From positions 34,658,001 through 34,722,000 of the forward strand of contig OX597837.1 in assembly GCA_951406725.2 (NCBI GenBank): 64,000 nt of DNA. The letters run 5' to 3'. The notes beneath the pieces are model-generated. The model was not told where the DNA came from. It worked only from the letters and a program-made list of their open reading frames with translations, and did not search any database. This document shows positions 13,139 through 25,655 of the stretch, in pieces (within the stretch, counting starts at the first letter, position 1; each line of letters opens with the position of its first letter). The DNA is from Octopus vulgaris. Its lineage: Eukaryota. Made by a program: the position numbers and the translations under genes.

Positions 13139-13532
13139 TGTTTTGATTGAAGCACTCCGTCGGTTACGACGATGAGGGTTCCGGTTGATCCGAATCAACG
13201 GAACAGCCTGCTCATGAAATTAACGTGTAAGTGGCTGAGCACTCCACAGACACGTGCACCCTTAACGTAGTTCTCGGGGATATTCAGCGTGACACAGAGA
13301 GTGACAAGGCCGGCCCCTTGAAATACAGGTACAACAGAAACAGGAAGTAAGAAGGAGAGAAAGTTGTGGTGAAAGAGTACAGCAGGGATCACCACCATCC
13401 CCTGCCGGAGCCTCGTGGAGCTTTAGGTGTTTTCGCTCAATAAACACTCACAACACCCGGTCTGGGAATCGAAACCGCGATCCTATGACAGCGAGTCCGC
13501 TGCCCTAACCACTGGGCCATTGCGCCTCCACC
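13139..13532 (-). mobile_element. tRNA-derived SINE family C, full length
   Basis: Head GGAGGCGCAATGGCCCAGTGGTTAGG..GGTTTCGATTCCC (A/B boxes); near-identical copy at 25274-25655; TGATTATATAT TSD at 13128-13138 and 13533-13543. Confidence 0.9.
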
Positions 13533-13547
13533 TGATTATATATATAG

Positions 13548-13972
13548 GGCGCAGGAGTGGCTGTGTGGTAAGTAGCTTGTCTACCAACCACATGGTACCG
13601 AGTTCAGTCCCACTGTGTGGCACCTTGGGCAAGTGTCTTCTACTATAGCCTCGGGCCGACCAAAGCCTTGTGAGTGGATTTGGTAGACGGAAACTGAAAG
13701 AAGCCCGTCGTATATATGTATATATGTATATATATATATGCGTGTGTGTGTTTGTGTGTCTGTGTTTGTCCCCCTAGCATTGCTTGACAACTGATGCTAG
13801 TGTGTTTATGTCCCCGTTAGTTAGCGGTTCGGCAAAAGAGACCGATAGAATAAGTACTGGGCTTACAAAAGAATAAGTCCCGGGGTCAAGTTGCTCGATT
13901 AAAGGCGGTGCTCCAGCATAGCCGCAGTCAAATGACTGAAACAAGTAAAAGAGTAAAAAGAGTAAAAGAGTA
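13548..13972 (+). mobile_element. tRNA-derived SINE family A, full length
   Basis: GGCGCAGGAGTGGCTGTGTGGTAAG head, internal TA/TG microsatellite, (AAAAGAGT)n tail; more than 10 copies in the window. Confidence 0.92.
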
Positions 13973-13984
13973 TAGTGGGGAGGA

Positions 13985-14320
13985 GACCCCTTTGGAGACC
14001 CATGAATGACCATGGGATTGCATCTAGAAAGTTATCCTACGAGGCACAAGTCCGGGCAAGGTTGTTTGTGGAAGGCCAACAGTCGCTCATGCATACCAGC
14101 ATCCTCGCTCCACACCACTGATGTTATCCAAGGGAAAGGCAAAGGCCATGATACAGCTTGGCACCAGTGATGTCGCAACTCATTTCTACAGCTGAGTGAA
14201 CTGAAGCAACATGAAATAAAGTGTCTTGCTCAAGAACACAACACGCAACCTGGTCCAGGAATCAAACTCACAACCTCATGATTGTAAGCTCGACACTCTA
14301 ACCACTGAGCCATGCGCCTT
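13985..14320 (-). mobile_element. tRNA-derived SINE family E
   Basis: Minus head AAGGCGCATGGCTCAGTGGTTAGAGTGTCG..GAGTTTGATTCC then GTGTTCTTGAGCAAGACACTT; second copy at 51565-52010. Confidence 0.85.
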
Positions 14321-14330
14321 GCCAACCCCC

Positions 14331-14648
14331 TTTGCTTGCGAAGACATGTTGGGGCAAGCGAAATCGAAATCGAATTGAACCAGCCAGGATCCCTGGTGTG
14401 GTGGTACGTAAAAAGCACTATCCGACTCGTGGCCGATGCCAGCGCCGCCTCGACTGGCACCTGTGCAGGTGGCATGTAAAAAGCACCCACTATACTCACG
14501 GAGTGGTTGGCGTTAGGAAGGGCATCCAGCTGTAGAAACATTGACAGATAAGACTGGAGCCTGGTGCAGCCTTCTGGCTTCCCAGATCCCCGGTCGAACC
14601 GTCCAACCCATGCTAGCATGGAGAACAGACGATAAACGATGATGATGA
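14331..14648 (+). mobile_element. Family D short element (RTE-type tail)
   Basis: AGGAAGGGCATCCAGCTGTAGAAA..CCAACCCATGCTAGCATGG..AAACGATGATGATG; multiple copies. Confidence 0.85.
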
Positions 14649-15124
14649 TATATATATATATGCATGCATAAATGTATAGGAAACATCCTGATAAAATAAA
14701 TTTGTAAAGATTCATGTTACACAATTTTAGATTTTTCCCAGATAGATACTATTACATAATAAATACTACTTCATATACTTATCTATTTACCAATCTTTAG
14801 TGAAGTACGCACCATATCTTTCTGCCTGCACAAAACACTCCCTTAGAGACACATCCTCCCCCGCGATAGATATACACGCAAATTAACAAAAAAAAAAACA
14901 TCAAGCTTATCATCTGTCCCGTCAGGAGACCAGGAGTAAGTGAGCAATGATTAGGTCGAACTAAAACGATGATGAGGGCTCTTGTAGCAGCAATAGCAAC
15001 TGTCACACTGTTAGTGTGTGTAGAGTTTGTTGAAATAAACACGACTGTGACTACAGTTCCCTTCTTATATGTTATCAGCTAGTTGTGCGTATGTTCGTAT
15101 GTATGTATGTATGTATGTATGTAT

Positions 15125-15285
15125 GTAGAGTCAATTCAATTAAACAAACAATAAAATTTACAATAACAGACAAGAGGACATGCACAAGGAATGTATTAGT
15201 TTGATGTTCGATAGAGAGTCTTTGATATTTTGAGCATAGCTCTTCATCAGAAAAGAGAAAGGGCAAAGTCCACAGAAGGAATATA
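15125..15285 (-). mobile_element. Short microsatellite-embedded element with decayed minimal hammerhead
   Basis: Minus 15256-15218: TCTTTT-CTGATGA-A-GAGC-TAT-GCTC-AAAA-TATC-AAAGA; related to 17900, 28256 and 42730 copies. Confidence 0.6.
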
Positions 15286-15297
15286 TTTATATATATA

Positions 15298-16141
15298 TAG
15301 GGTACGGTGAATAAACTGTTGTCTAAATTACGCAAACATGAAAATACACTGACATCTCATTTTAACAGATATATTTACCAAAATTGCACAAAAATATCTT
15401 GAAATACTAAGGAGTAAATTTATTTAATAAAATCACCATTGGCTTCAACCATGGCCTCCACACAACTTTGGGATCTTCTGGACAGTCTCCTTGCTTAAGC
15501 TGGTGAATGCAGCCATAATCCTTGTCTTCAGTTCATCTTCAGTGTTACAAAGAATTTTGTTAGTCTTTTGCTCAACTGCGCCCCACCCATAATAATCAAG
15601 GGGGTTGCAGTCTGGGGAGTTAGGTGGCCAGAGGTTAGGGGTGATGTGGTCGCAGAAATCATAACTGGGTCCTCCTACTTGTGTGACATGATGCAGAATC
15701 CTGTTGCCAGACAGAGGGTCTTCCAGCAGACACCCTGTTGATCCAGGGCAGCACTGCCTTCTCCAGGCACTTGATGTAGGCTTCCATATTAAGTCTGAGG
15801 TCATGTGGGTAAATGAATGGACACAAAATGTTGCCATCACTAGGGATCACTCCAAACACTATGATGTTGACTGGATGTTTGATTTTTATCAATCTCAGTA
15901 CATGTTCTCAGATTGCACTGTCCTCATCCAAACACTCTGAAATGTTTGTGTTGGAGCTTCCGGCATGAGTGCCAAGCATATTGTTTCCAAATTTCAGGCA
16001 GAGTGAATTGCATCATTGTGCTGTTCTTCTCACGGATGGTGCCCAACAGACCCTACTATACTATGAGCTGACAAAATCAAAAACAACGCACATGCACGAA
16101 ATTAAAACTATAAAGTTGTGATAATTTACCCATCACACCCT
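15298..16141 (-). mobile_element. Decayed, internally deleted Tc1/mariner DNA transposon (mariner/maT-like)
   Basis: Frameshifted transposase pieces IVFGVI.SDG..WQQDSASCHTS and WPPNSPDCNPLDYYGWGAVE; AGGGT(A/G)..-type degenerate terminal inverted repeats. Confidence 0.85.
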
Positions 16142-16159
16142 CTGTGTGTGTGTGTATAT

Positions 16160-16415
16160 TGGTTGGCATCCTTTCTGTCTCGGGAGACAATGGAGTTGTG
16201 CATGAAGTAGTCTAGTCCGGCTTTTATATTTCATGTCCTGATACATTTCCTGCTGTGGCTGTGTAGTCCTATCCTGGACAAACACTCCCTCTGGCAGGTA
16301 CCGCAAATGTAGCGAAGACTGTTCCTGGCTGGTTGTAGTGCCATAGTCTCTTGTTTACGTCTCTTCCTTTCTTTCCATTTCTCCTCTCTCTCTCTGTCAC
16401 TCCTTTGTATTCCCT
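16160..16415 (-). mobile_element. RTE LINE 3' end
   Basis: C-terminal zinc motif YICGTCQRECLSRIGLHSHSRKC followed by a short 3'UTR. Confidence 0.75.
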
Positions 16416-16464
16416 CTGTGTGTATATATATACATAAATAAACATAACACAAGATGGAATGAAC

Positions 16465-16648
16465 CTGAAGTCACTCTTTAGCATTCAGATTTTATTTGTG
16501 GGAGATGTGAGAAAGGAGCAGGAGAGTTGGTGGAACCAGTGGAAATGCTATGTGATGAGGTGGAAATGGCGAGAGGGTTTTGTTATTTGGGAGATGTGGT
16601 GGATGTGAAGCAGCTGTGACAGCAAGAGCGAGACTTGGCATGGTAAAT
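16465..16648 (+). mobile_element. RTE LINE reverse-transcriptase fragment
   Basis: Translates to DFICGRCEKG..VEPVEMLCDEVEMARGFCYLGD / GGCEAAVTARARLG. Confidence 0.65.
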
Positions 16649-16853
16649 GATGCTTGGCCAAGACGTCATGCTGTGAAATTGAACCTTGGATCTCGTGATT
16701 GAGAAGCAAACTTCTAAGGCATTCAGCCATGCTGCAGTCTATTTTTAAACATACACGTGCTCTCACATCTATGAGCATGTGCGTGCACGCGCGTGTGTGT
16801 GTGTGTACCAATAGAAACACTGCTGCCACTACTACTACTACTACTATTACTAT

Positions 16854-17024
16854 GGCGCAGGAGTGGCTGTGTGGTAAGTAGCTTGCTAACCAACCACATG
16901 GTTCCGGGTTCAGTCCCACTGCGTGGCATCTTGGGCAAGTGTCTTCTACTATAGCCCTGGGCCGACCAATGCCTTGTGAATGGATTTGGTAGACGGAAAC
17001 TGAAAGAAGCCTGTCGTATATATG

Positions 17025-17057
<33 letters not shown>

Positions 17058-17269
17058 TTGTGTGTCTGTGTTTGTCCCCCTAGCATTGCTTGACAACCGA
17101 TGCTGGTGTGTTTACATCCCCGTCACTTAGCGGTTCGGCAAAAGAGACCGATAGAATAAGTACTGGGCTTATAAAGAATAAGTCCCGGGGTCGATTTGCT
17201 CGATTAAAGGTGGTGCTCCAGCATGGCCACAGTCAAATGACTGAAAACAAGTAAAAGAGTAAAAGAGTA
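16854..17269 (+). mobile_element. SINE family A, full length, inserted in (CTA)n
   Basis: Matches 13548-13972. Confidence 0.92.
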
Positions 17270-17377
17270 TACTACTACTACTACTACTAGCATACTACTA
17301 CTAGTATACTACTACTACTAGCATACTACTACTACTACTACTACTACTAGTAGTAGTAGTAGTAGTAGTAGTAGTAG
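17270..17377. repeat. (CTA)n abutting (TAG)n
   Basis: Directly visible; the two tracts are reverse complements. Confidence 0.9.
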
Positions 17378-17467
17378 ACTAAATGTTTGAGTTTCTAGAT
17401 GCTTCCCTGAAATAGTTTTTCTCAATAGATGTTCAGAAACAACCTCAATATTGAGAACTACCTTTTA

Positions 17468-17502
<35 letters not shown>

Positions 17503-17631
17503 AATAGAGTCTTTTATTGTTGTTCATTCTTTCAATGTTTATTCAGTCGTTGCATATTTTTAGAACAATCTAACAATACAAAATTACAAATACATAATAA
17601 TTCAAATCTCTCTCTCTCTCTCTCTTTTTTT

Positions 17632-17681
<50 letters not shown>

Positions 17682-17899
17682 TATGTATATATACTTGTGT
17701 GTGTGTGTGTGCGTGTAGATATGGCTCTGTGTGGCTCAGAAGTTTGCTTCATAAATGCATACTTTTAGGTTTGATACCACTGTGTGGCACATTGAACAAC
17801 TGTTTTCTACCAAAGACCCTAGCTGACCAAACCTTTGAGAGTATATGTGGTAAATGGAAAGTGAAGAAGCCCATATATACATATATAAATATCTATAGT

Positions 17900-18062
17900 T
17901 GAAATATACAGAAAAACAAAAGACAAAGACAGGTGTATGAACAACAAGCAAGTTTATTAGTTTGATGCTCAGGGAAATGAAGAAGTCTTTTACATTTCGA
18001 GCCTATGCTCTTTAACAGGAAGGAATAAGAGAAAATAAACAAAAAATTAAAAAAAGGGATTT
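17900..18062 (-). mobile_element. Short element with decayed minimal hammerhead
   Basis: Minus: CTGTTAA-A-GAGC-ATAG-GCTC-GAAA-TGTA-AAAGAC; similar to 42730-42922. Confidence 0.6.
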
Positions 18063-18084
18063 CAGTGGTCCAGCATGGCCACCT

Positions 18085-18312
18085 TGTTTTGACGTCGTGT
18101 AGCAGTTGTAAATGAGTGTCACTGTCATATAAGCAGTGTCACTCATTTCCAATATTTTGTGGAAACATTTCTGGCCATATGAAAATATTACCTTGCTTGG
18201 AAACAAATGAGGGTTGGTGACAGGAAGAGCATCCAGCTGCAGAAATCTGTCTCAGTAAATTCCGTCTGATCCACACAAGCATGGAAAAGTGGACAGTAAA
18301 ACAATGATGATT
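18085..18312 (+). mobile_element. Family D variant
   Basis: GGGTTGGTGACAGGAAGAGCATCCAGCTGCAGAAA..AGCATGGAAAAGTGGAC..(GAT)n; similar to 45700-46155. Confidence 0.7.
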
Positions 18313-19296
18313 ATATATATATAGAAATAGACAGGTGAATAGATATCCGCCTACCTCCATGTAATATCTGTCTATTTAACAATACACACAATAAATATTT
18401 TTACTATTGTTATCATAATTGCGTCCATCCTCACATATGTTTGATGACACGTCATAGTCCAATCCAGTCCCTATTTGTTTTGGTGTTATTGCTCTTCTAG
18501 AGGTGTTTCACTTGTATGTTCCATTTACATCACTGTTTCAATGACTCAACATTCCATAACACCGACTACTTCACAGAATGTACAAGGTACACGTTACTGT
18601 GGCACCAACACTTGAGGTGTTGCCTTGTCCTTGGCAACTATAATGTCACTGTTCATTCAAGAAATTGTGACCAAGGGTATGGATAGAATAGAGATAAAAG
18701 AGACAGACACAAACAGACAGACAAAGATGGTGAGCTATAGTTGAAAAAGATTATGATGAAGGGGACACAGAATAAGAGATGCAATAAAATAGTAACTGAT
18801 AAGAGACAGTGATGGGTAGCTATATATTGGTTGTTGGGAAGGAACTTAAAGTATTAGTCATATACCAGTTTTATTTTGTTAGTAAAGTTTCCAAAGTTCA
18901 TTTTTTCCCTTTTGTAGGATTTGACATAGAATTGTACTGTTATTATAATGAGTTGAAGTAACTGCTTGTAAACACGAAATAACAAACTAACAAGCCATAG
19001 AGCTTAAATGAGACAAGAAATGTAACAGACAAATTTCAATGTAAACATAAAAGTTGTAAACTTCACGACACAAACTGTTATATTGGGCACATGCATACCT
19101 GATATTTTGTTGCTGGTTGATGTGTGCATTTACATCAAGGAGCCATTGCCACACAAAATAAAACTGAATGGAAAAAAACAACAGCTGACAGTACAGCAAT
19201 TTAATAAAGAATTTCACAAAAAATGAGAATAACTACGGACATTTTACCTTAATTCCAGACACAGAATCACAAACCAAAAATATACTCAACATAAAA

Positions 19297-19660
19297 GGCA
19301 CAGGGATGACTGCATGACTAAGAAGGCCACTTTGCAAGGACATGGTTCTGAGTTCAGTCCCACTGCACAGCACATTGCAAAAGTGTCTTCTACTATAACC
19401 CTGGGCCAACCAATGCATTGCAAGTGAATTTGGTAGATGAAAACTGTGTGGAAGCCTATTGTGCATGTGTGCACGTGTATTTGTCTCCCCACCCAGTGCT
19501 TGACAACCAAACTTGTCAGTTTGGTATAAGAGACAACTGAATATGTAGCAGACCTTAAAGTAAATGCTGGGGTTAGCTTGTTTGACTAAAAAGCATTCAA
19601 GGCAGTGCCCCAGCATGGCCACAGTCCAACAAGTGAAGCAAAAGATAAATAATAAAAGAA
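19297..19660 (+). mobile_element. SINE family A, old copy
   Basis: Diverged match over head, body and tail. Confidence 0.75.
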
Positions 19661-20235
19661 GATCCTTATAACAGGAAATCCACCTGGATTTACCATTATA
19701 GATTTTAAATGCAGCATTAAGGATTTTATTAATTATGAAATTATTCTCAAAACCCTTTGAGAGTTACCACAGAATATGCAAAGTACACGTTAAGAGAATG
19801 GTTTAATTTGGAAATGAGGTTGAGAGGGTCTCAAAATGTCAGACTAATCGATGTAGAAATGTCAGTGTTCTAAACCAGATATAAAGAACTGATAAGGAAA
19901 TGTGAAAAATCCTTAATAAAAATGGATCATAGTTGTGATTTTAATATAACATTTGAAAAGAGAAAAAAAAAATGTGAATGTCACATTAAAAATAAAAGTT
20001 TTAAAAATGTGGCAAATAGACCGAACTGTTAACATGCCGGGCAAAATATATAGCAGGAAATCAGGGAAGAGCCAGAGGCTCATAGTGATTGCCTATAGTC
20101 AACTGCTATTTATGCAGATCCGACATCCCTTGCACCTAACATCAGAGTTTAGACACCTGGTTTGGTTGACTACTTATAGTATGTGCCTATCACATGTCCT
20201 TTGACATCTTTATCTATCTATCTATCTATCTATCT

Positions 20236-20458
20236 GCTGGCAGAAACGTTAGCACGCCGGACGAAATGCTTAGCGGTATTTCGTCTGCGGTTACGTTCTG
20301 AGTTCAAATTCCGCCGAGGTTGACTTTGCCTTTCATCCTTTCGGGGTCGATAAATAAAGTACCAGTTTCGCACTGGGGTCGATGTAATCGATTTAATCCC
20401 TTTGTCTGTCCTTGTTTGTCCCCTCTGTGTTTACCCTCTTGTGGGTAGTAAAGAAATA
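20236..20458 (+). mobile_element. SINE family B
   Basis: GCTGGCAGAAACGTTAGC..GAGTTCAAATTCC..GCCTTTCATCCTTTCGGGGTCGATAAA..TTGTGGGTAGTAAAGAAATA. Confidence 0.9.
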
Positions 20459-20469
20459 AAAAATATATA

Positions 20470-20623
20470 TATCTATCTATCTATCATTCTGTTTGTCTGT
20501 CTGTCCATCTATCTATCTATCTATCTATCTATCATTCTATCTATCTATCTATCTATCTATCATTCTATCTATCTACATATCATTCTATCTATCTATCTAC
20601 ATATCTATCTATCTACATATCAT

Positions 20624-20658
<35 letters not shown>

Positions 20659-20706
20659 GTCTGTCTATCAGTTTGTCGGTTTGCCTGTCTGTCTGTCTGT
20701 CTGTCC

Positions 20707-20782
<76 letters not shown>

Positions 20783-20800
20783 GTCGATCTGTCTACCTGT
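20470..20800. repeat. (TATC)n/(TGTC)n microsatellite
   Basis: Directly visible. Confidence 0.95.
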
Positions 20801-21280
20801 GTCTATGTATGTATGTATAAAGAAATGCACTTGGAAATAGTATTTGGTCAAATTAATGACATGTATGGTATTAATAATGTACACACAAACATAGAACAGT
20901 GCTGGTTGTATGCTTATATCTCATAAATTTCACTTCAGAGACCCCAGCGTGCTGCAAAGCACAGCATGTTCCAGATGACGTCACACAGTGCACAGTGTGT
21001 TTGTGACACACAAACCTTCTAAAGAGAAATTTCTCTGAGATATAATGCTGCACCTAGCACTGTTCTATGATGACGATGATGATAATTATCATTAATATTA
21101 ATGATCGACACGTCATTACACACCCACACATATATAAGTGTGTGTGTGTGTGTGTGAGTGAGGGGGAGAGAGAGAGAGAAAAGTGTATGCATAAATATGC
21201 AAATGAGCAAAAATCAAGGAAGTCATGGACAAAATAGGGTTTGATAACAGGATGTTCTATCTTAGAAAAATGTTAATAAA

Positions 21281-21729
21281 GGCGCAGGAGTGGCTGTGTG
21301 GTAAGTAGCTTGCTTCACAGCCACATGGTTCTGGATTCAGTCCCACTGTGTGGCACCTTGGGCAAGTGTCCTCTGCTATAGCCTCAGGCCAACCAAAGCC
21401 TTGTGAGTGGATTTGGTAGACAGAAACTGAAAGCTCTCTCTCTCTCTATATATACACACACACATATATATATATGCACACACATACACACACATGTATG
21501 TATGTATGTATTTGTGTGTCTGTTTGTCCCCCCTAGCATTGCTTGACAACCGATGCTGGTGTGTTTATGTCCCCGTTACTTAGCGTTTCGGCAAAAGAGA
21601 CCGATAGAAAATGTACTGGGCTTACAAAAGAATAAGTCCCGGGGTCGAGTTGCTCGATTAAAGGCAGTGCTCCAGCATTGCCACAGTCAACTGACTGAAA
21701 CAAGTAAAAGAGTAAAGGAGCAAAGAGTA
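21281..21729 (+). mobile_element. SINE family A, full length
   Basis: Matches 13548-13972. Confidence 0.92.
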
Positions 21730-22149
21730 ACAAAAGGGTTGAATCATTGGTTTCTTTCTTGCGATTCTCATCATATTCGACCCCTTTCAGTCCTGTTCTT
21801 ACACAACATAGAGACACAGCCACAACATTTTCAACCCCTCTAACAATTTACAAGTCAATGCTTAATCGCTTCCCTCCCAGCTGCCATCCTTACTCTCTCA
21901 GATACTTTGTAGTGATTTCCCAGGCAGACTTTCCACATTGCTGCCAGCTGATGTCTTTCCCACATGTAAATACACTGATATCTATTTCTTTTTCAAATGG
22001 TTTTCATTGTTGTTTTTATCAAATCAAAGTTACAATTAATCCCCAAGCAATTAAATTCATATACGTAACTACACATTTCCACTACATATATAGTGGAATA
22101 TATAATGTATACGCGTGCACACACACATACACACATTTTCTGTTATTCT

Positions 22150-22529
22150 GTTACTTGTTGTAGTCATTTGACAGCGGTCATACTGGAGTACCACCTCAAT
22201 GGGTATTTAGTCACAGCAATCGACCCCAGGACTTATTCTTTGTAAACCTAGTACTTATTCTATCAGTCTCTTTTTCCAAACCGCTAAGTTATGGAGATGT
22301 AAACGCACCAACATTGGTTGTCAAATTATGGTTGGGGGACAAACACATACATGAAGGCACACACACACGTATATACGACAGGCTTCTTTCAGTTTCCATC
22401 CACCAAATTCATTCGCAAGGCTTTGGTCAGCCCGAGGCTATAGTAGAAGACATTTGCCAAGGTACCATGCAGTGGGACTGAACCTGGAACCCTGTGGTTG
22501 GGAAGCAAGCTTCTTACCACACAGCCACA
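22150..22529 (-). mobile_element. SINE family A
   Basis: Reverse-complement match. Confidence 0.85.
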
Positions 22530-22715
22530 CATATATATATATATACATATATTCACAAATAGCCAAGGGCAAAACTCCATGTAGACTTTCAACATTTGGC
22601 TTGATAAATATATCTGTCAACTCTACCCAATGTATTGAGTTCAACATCAAATAAAGTTTGCATTAAGTAAAATATATTTCACTATTACTTACAACCCTTA
22701 CAGTACAATATACAT

Positions 22716-22955
22716 CTTTTACTTGTTTCAGTCACTTGACTGTGGCCATGCTGGGGCACCGCCTTCAATGATTTTAGTTGAACAAATCAACCACAGGGTG
22801 TATTTTTTGAAGCCTGGTACTTATTCTATCAATTACTTTTGCCAAACTGCTAGGTTACAGGGACATAAACACACCAACACCAATCATTAAGGACACACAC
22901 AAAGACACAGACACACACATATATATATGTATATATACGACAGGCTTCTTTCAGT
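22716..22955 (-). mobile_element. SINE family A, 3' half
   Basis: Reverse-complement match to tail half. Confidence 0.8.
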
Positions 22956-23530
22956 AACTGACCTATCAAAAACTAAGTATGCTGAACTGTTGAGGATTAA
23001 GATTTTTCGGGTACCATCACAAACATAGCCTGACAGCGAAAAGGGTGAGAAAGGGAGGGGAGGTCGTTGGGTGGTGGGCATTGCAGCTATGTAGCATATC
23101 TAGGGCGTTACAGACTCACAGAAGGAAATTCTGAGAGTTAGGGTGACCTGATAGAATTAGTAGCCAAATCAATCTCAAAATCAAGACCCTACTATCTTCA
23201 ACAAAAGAAAAAAGATTGAATATATTCGATAATGTAAGAGTATTTCTACAAAAAAAAAACAAAAAAACAAATGGGTTGGTCACATCTGGAATAATTTTGA
23301 CTATAGATCTGTCGGATCAGAATGACATAAGCAAAGTCAGTATCTGAATCTCAATAGGTTTTATTTGATCAGCATGAAATATTAATCTTTTATTTGGCAT
23401 GCCATTCAGAAACTTCTGTGAGCTGCAGTTTGCATATGATTGCTTTATATGGACACTCAATGCGCTAAAAATAGCAGCCAAATTTCTCTCAAACACACTT
23501 TGCCATGTTAAAAATCAAAACAATGACACG

Positions 23531-23899
23531 TAGGCATGGATATGTTGTAAGAACTGTGCTTCCCAACCACATGGTTCTGGGTTCAGTCCCATTGTGTGGC
23601 ACTTTGAGTAAATGTCTTCTACTATAGCCTTGGTCTGGCCAAAGTCTTACAAGTGGATTTGGCAGATGGAGGCTGAAAGAAGCCTGGTGCACATGCATGT
23701 GTGCATGTGTGTGTGTCCCACCACTGCGTGACAATTAGTGTTAGTGTGTTTACGTCCCCATAACTTAACAGTTCAACAAAAGATACCAATAAAAAGAAAT
23801 ATGGAGGTGGATTTGTTCAATTAAAGTTCTTCAAGACAATTCCGCAGAATGGCTGCAGTCCAATGACTGAAAGATAAAAGTAAAAGATAAAAGATAAGA
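23531..23899 (+). mobile_element. SINE family A, old copy
   Basis: Diverged full-length match. Confidence 0.8.
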
Positions 23900-24289
23900 T
23901 GATGTAGTTCAAGTTACCCTATGTGTGACTGATGAAAGGAGGGGATGATCATGGCTGGAACACCTGCTCATTATAAACCCAAAAGAAACAACAAAGACTA
24001 AAGGTATTCAAACTGCTGACATCCTGGATGGTTGTCTCACATCCATTCATCCATCCATGCTCCCTCTCTGTCCCCTTGTTATTACTGGTACTGAACTTAG
24101 TAAATGCGGTCTGACCCACTATGAATGACAAATGATTAAGATCACTTATATAATGATTTGGTCCCGTCATAAATTTTAAAGCCTTCAACACATGGCATAT
24201 AACTATCTCTGCCACCCACCCTCACAACAAGGGGATGGATTTTCCCCCCTTTTCCCTCTCATGTTCTTTCTTGTCTTACAAGTTGCCTA

Positions 24290-24518
24290 GCAACTTCACC
24301 AGTGCTGGTGGCAACCCCCACCAAAAAAAAAACCCCAGTACACACTGAAAAGTAGCTGGAGTCAGGAAGAGTGTCCGGTCATAGAAACCATGCCAAAGCT
24401 GACATTGGAGCTCAACACAATCCTGTGGCTTGCTGGTTCCTGTCAAACCATCCAACCCATGCCAGCATGGAAAACTGATATTTAATGATGAAGATGATGA
24501 CGACGACGATGATGATGA
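24290..24518 (+). mobile_element. Family D, decayed
   Basis: CCATCCAACCCATGCCAGCATGGAAAA..(GAT)n tail. Confidence 0.65.
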
Positions 24519-24699
24519 TCTGTGGAAATACCTCTTGACTAAATCACAGAATTCAGTGGGGTTGGTAGATCCAGTAGAGTTGTATTAAGCAATGGCCCTT
24601 TATCGTGCATTAAGGGGGAAAAATTTTGCCTAATGTCTCATTTACTGGATAACCATTTATCTCAAGGATTGATAAAACAAGGGACCAGTCAAAGAGAGG

Positions 24700-25048
24700 G
24701 GTTTAAGCTTGCTTTACAACCACACAATTTCTTCAGTTTTGGTCCCACTACAAACCACCTCAGGTTGTGTCTTCACCAATAGCCCTGGGCTGACCAATGC
24801 CTTGAGAGTGAATCTGCTAGATGGAAACTGTGTAAAAGTTCATCCCATGTGTATGTGTGTTTCAGATGGTCCTCCACCATTTCTTGACAAATGGTGTTGG
24901 CTTGTTTACATACCCCATAGCCTAGCAGTCCAGCAAGAAAACAATAGAATAGGTAACAAATATTAAAATAAGTACCGGGGTTGATTGGCTCAACTAAACC
25001 CTTCAAGACAGTGCTCCAGCATGGCAGTAGTCCAGTGACCGAACCATG
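24700..25048 (+). mobile_element. SINE family A, old copy
   Basis: Diverged match. Confidence 0.7.
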
Positions 25049-25273
25049 TGAAAGACATGTAAGATAAAACACTCAGGATGTGAATGGAATTGTATAACTT
25101 AAAACATGTAGTCAGCCTTTCTCTCCATGTGTTGAGTGGGAGACCCCCACCTCCTTTTTAAACTTGGATATAATGACCCAATGAAAAAGGCTCCCTCCCT
25201 CAACTCCTTAATACCAAAGAACTCAGATATAAGCCCAAGTTCCTACAGGTCTTTGGGGGACTGGAAGTAAAGT

Positions 25274-25655
25274 GGAAGCACTCTGTCGGTTACGACGATG
25301 AGGGTTCCGGTTGGTCCGAATCAACGGAACAGCCTGCTCGTGAAATTAACGTGTAAGTGGCTGAGCACTCCACAGACACGTGTACCCTTAACGTAGTTCT
25401 CGGGGATATTCAGCGTGACACAGAGAGTGACAAGACCGGCCCTTTGAAATACAGGTACAACAGAAACAGGAAGTAAGAGTGAGAGAAAGTTGTGGTGAAA
25501 AAGTACAGCAGGGATCACCACCATCCCCTGCCGGAGCCTCGTGGAACTTTTAGGTGTTTTCGCTCAATAAACACTCACAACGCCCGGTCTGGGAATCGAA
25601 ACCGCGATCCTATGACAGTGAGTCCGCTGCCCTAACCACTGGGCCATTGCGCCTC
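25274..25655 (-). mobile_element. SINE family C flanked by a 113-114 bp direct duplication
   Basis: Near-identical to 13149-13529; flanks 25160-25273 and 25659-25771 are direct repeats. Confidence 0.92.

Noticed and set aside
13450-13529. tRNA-like sequence with A and B boxes
   Set aside because: Head of a multi-copy SINE, with no complete cloverleaf or acceptor stem
14969-15082. 37-aa ORF MMRALVAAIATVTLLVCVEF.. resembling a signal peptide
   Set aside because: Short, no donor site or homology; compatible with chance, although the island is unique sequence
18501-18676. Plus-strand AG..GT bounded open segment
   Set aside because: Peptide unrecognisable, donors weak, no partner exons
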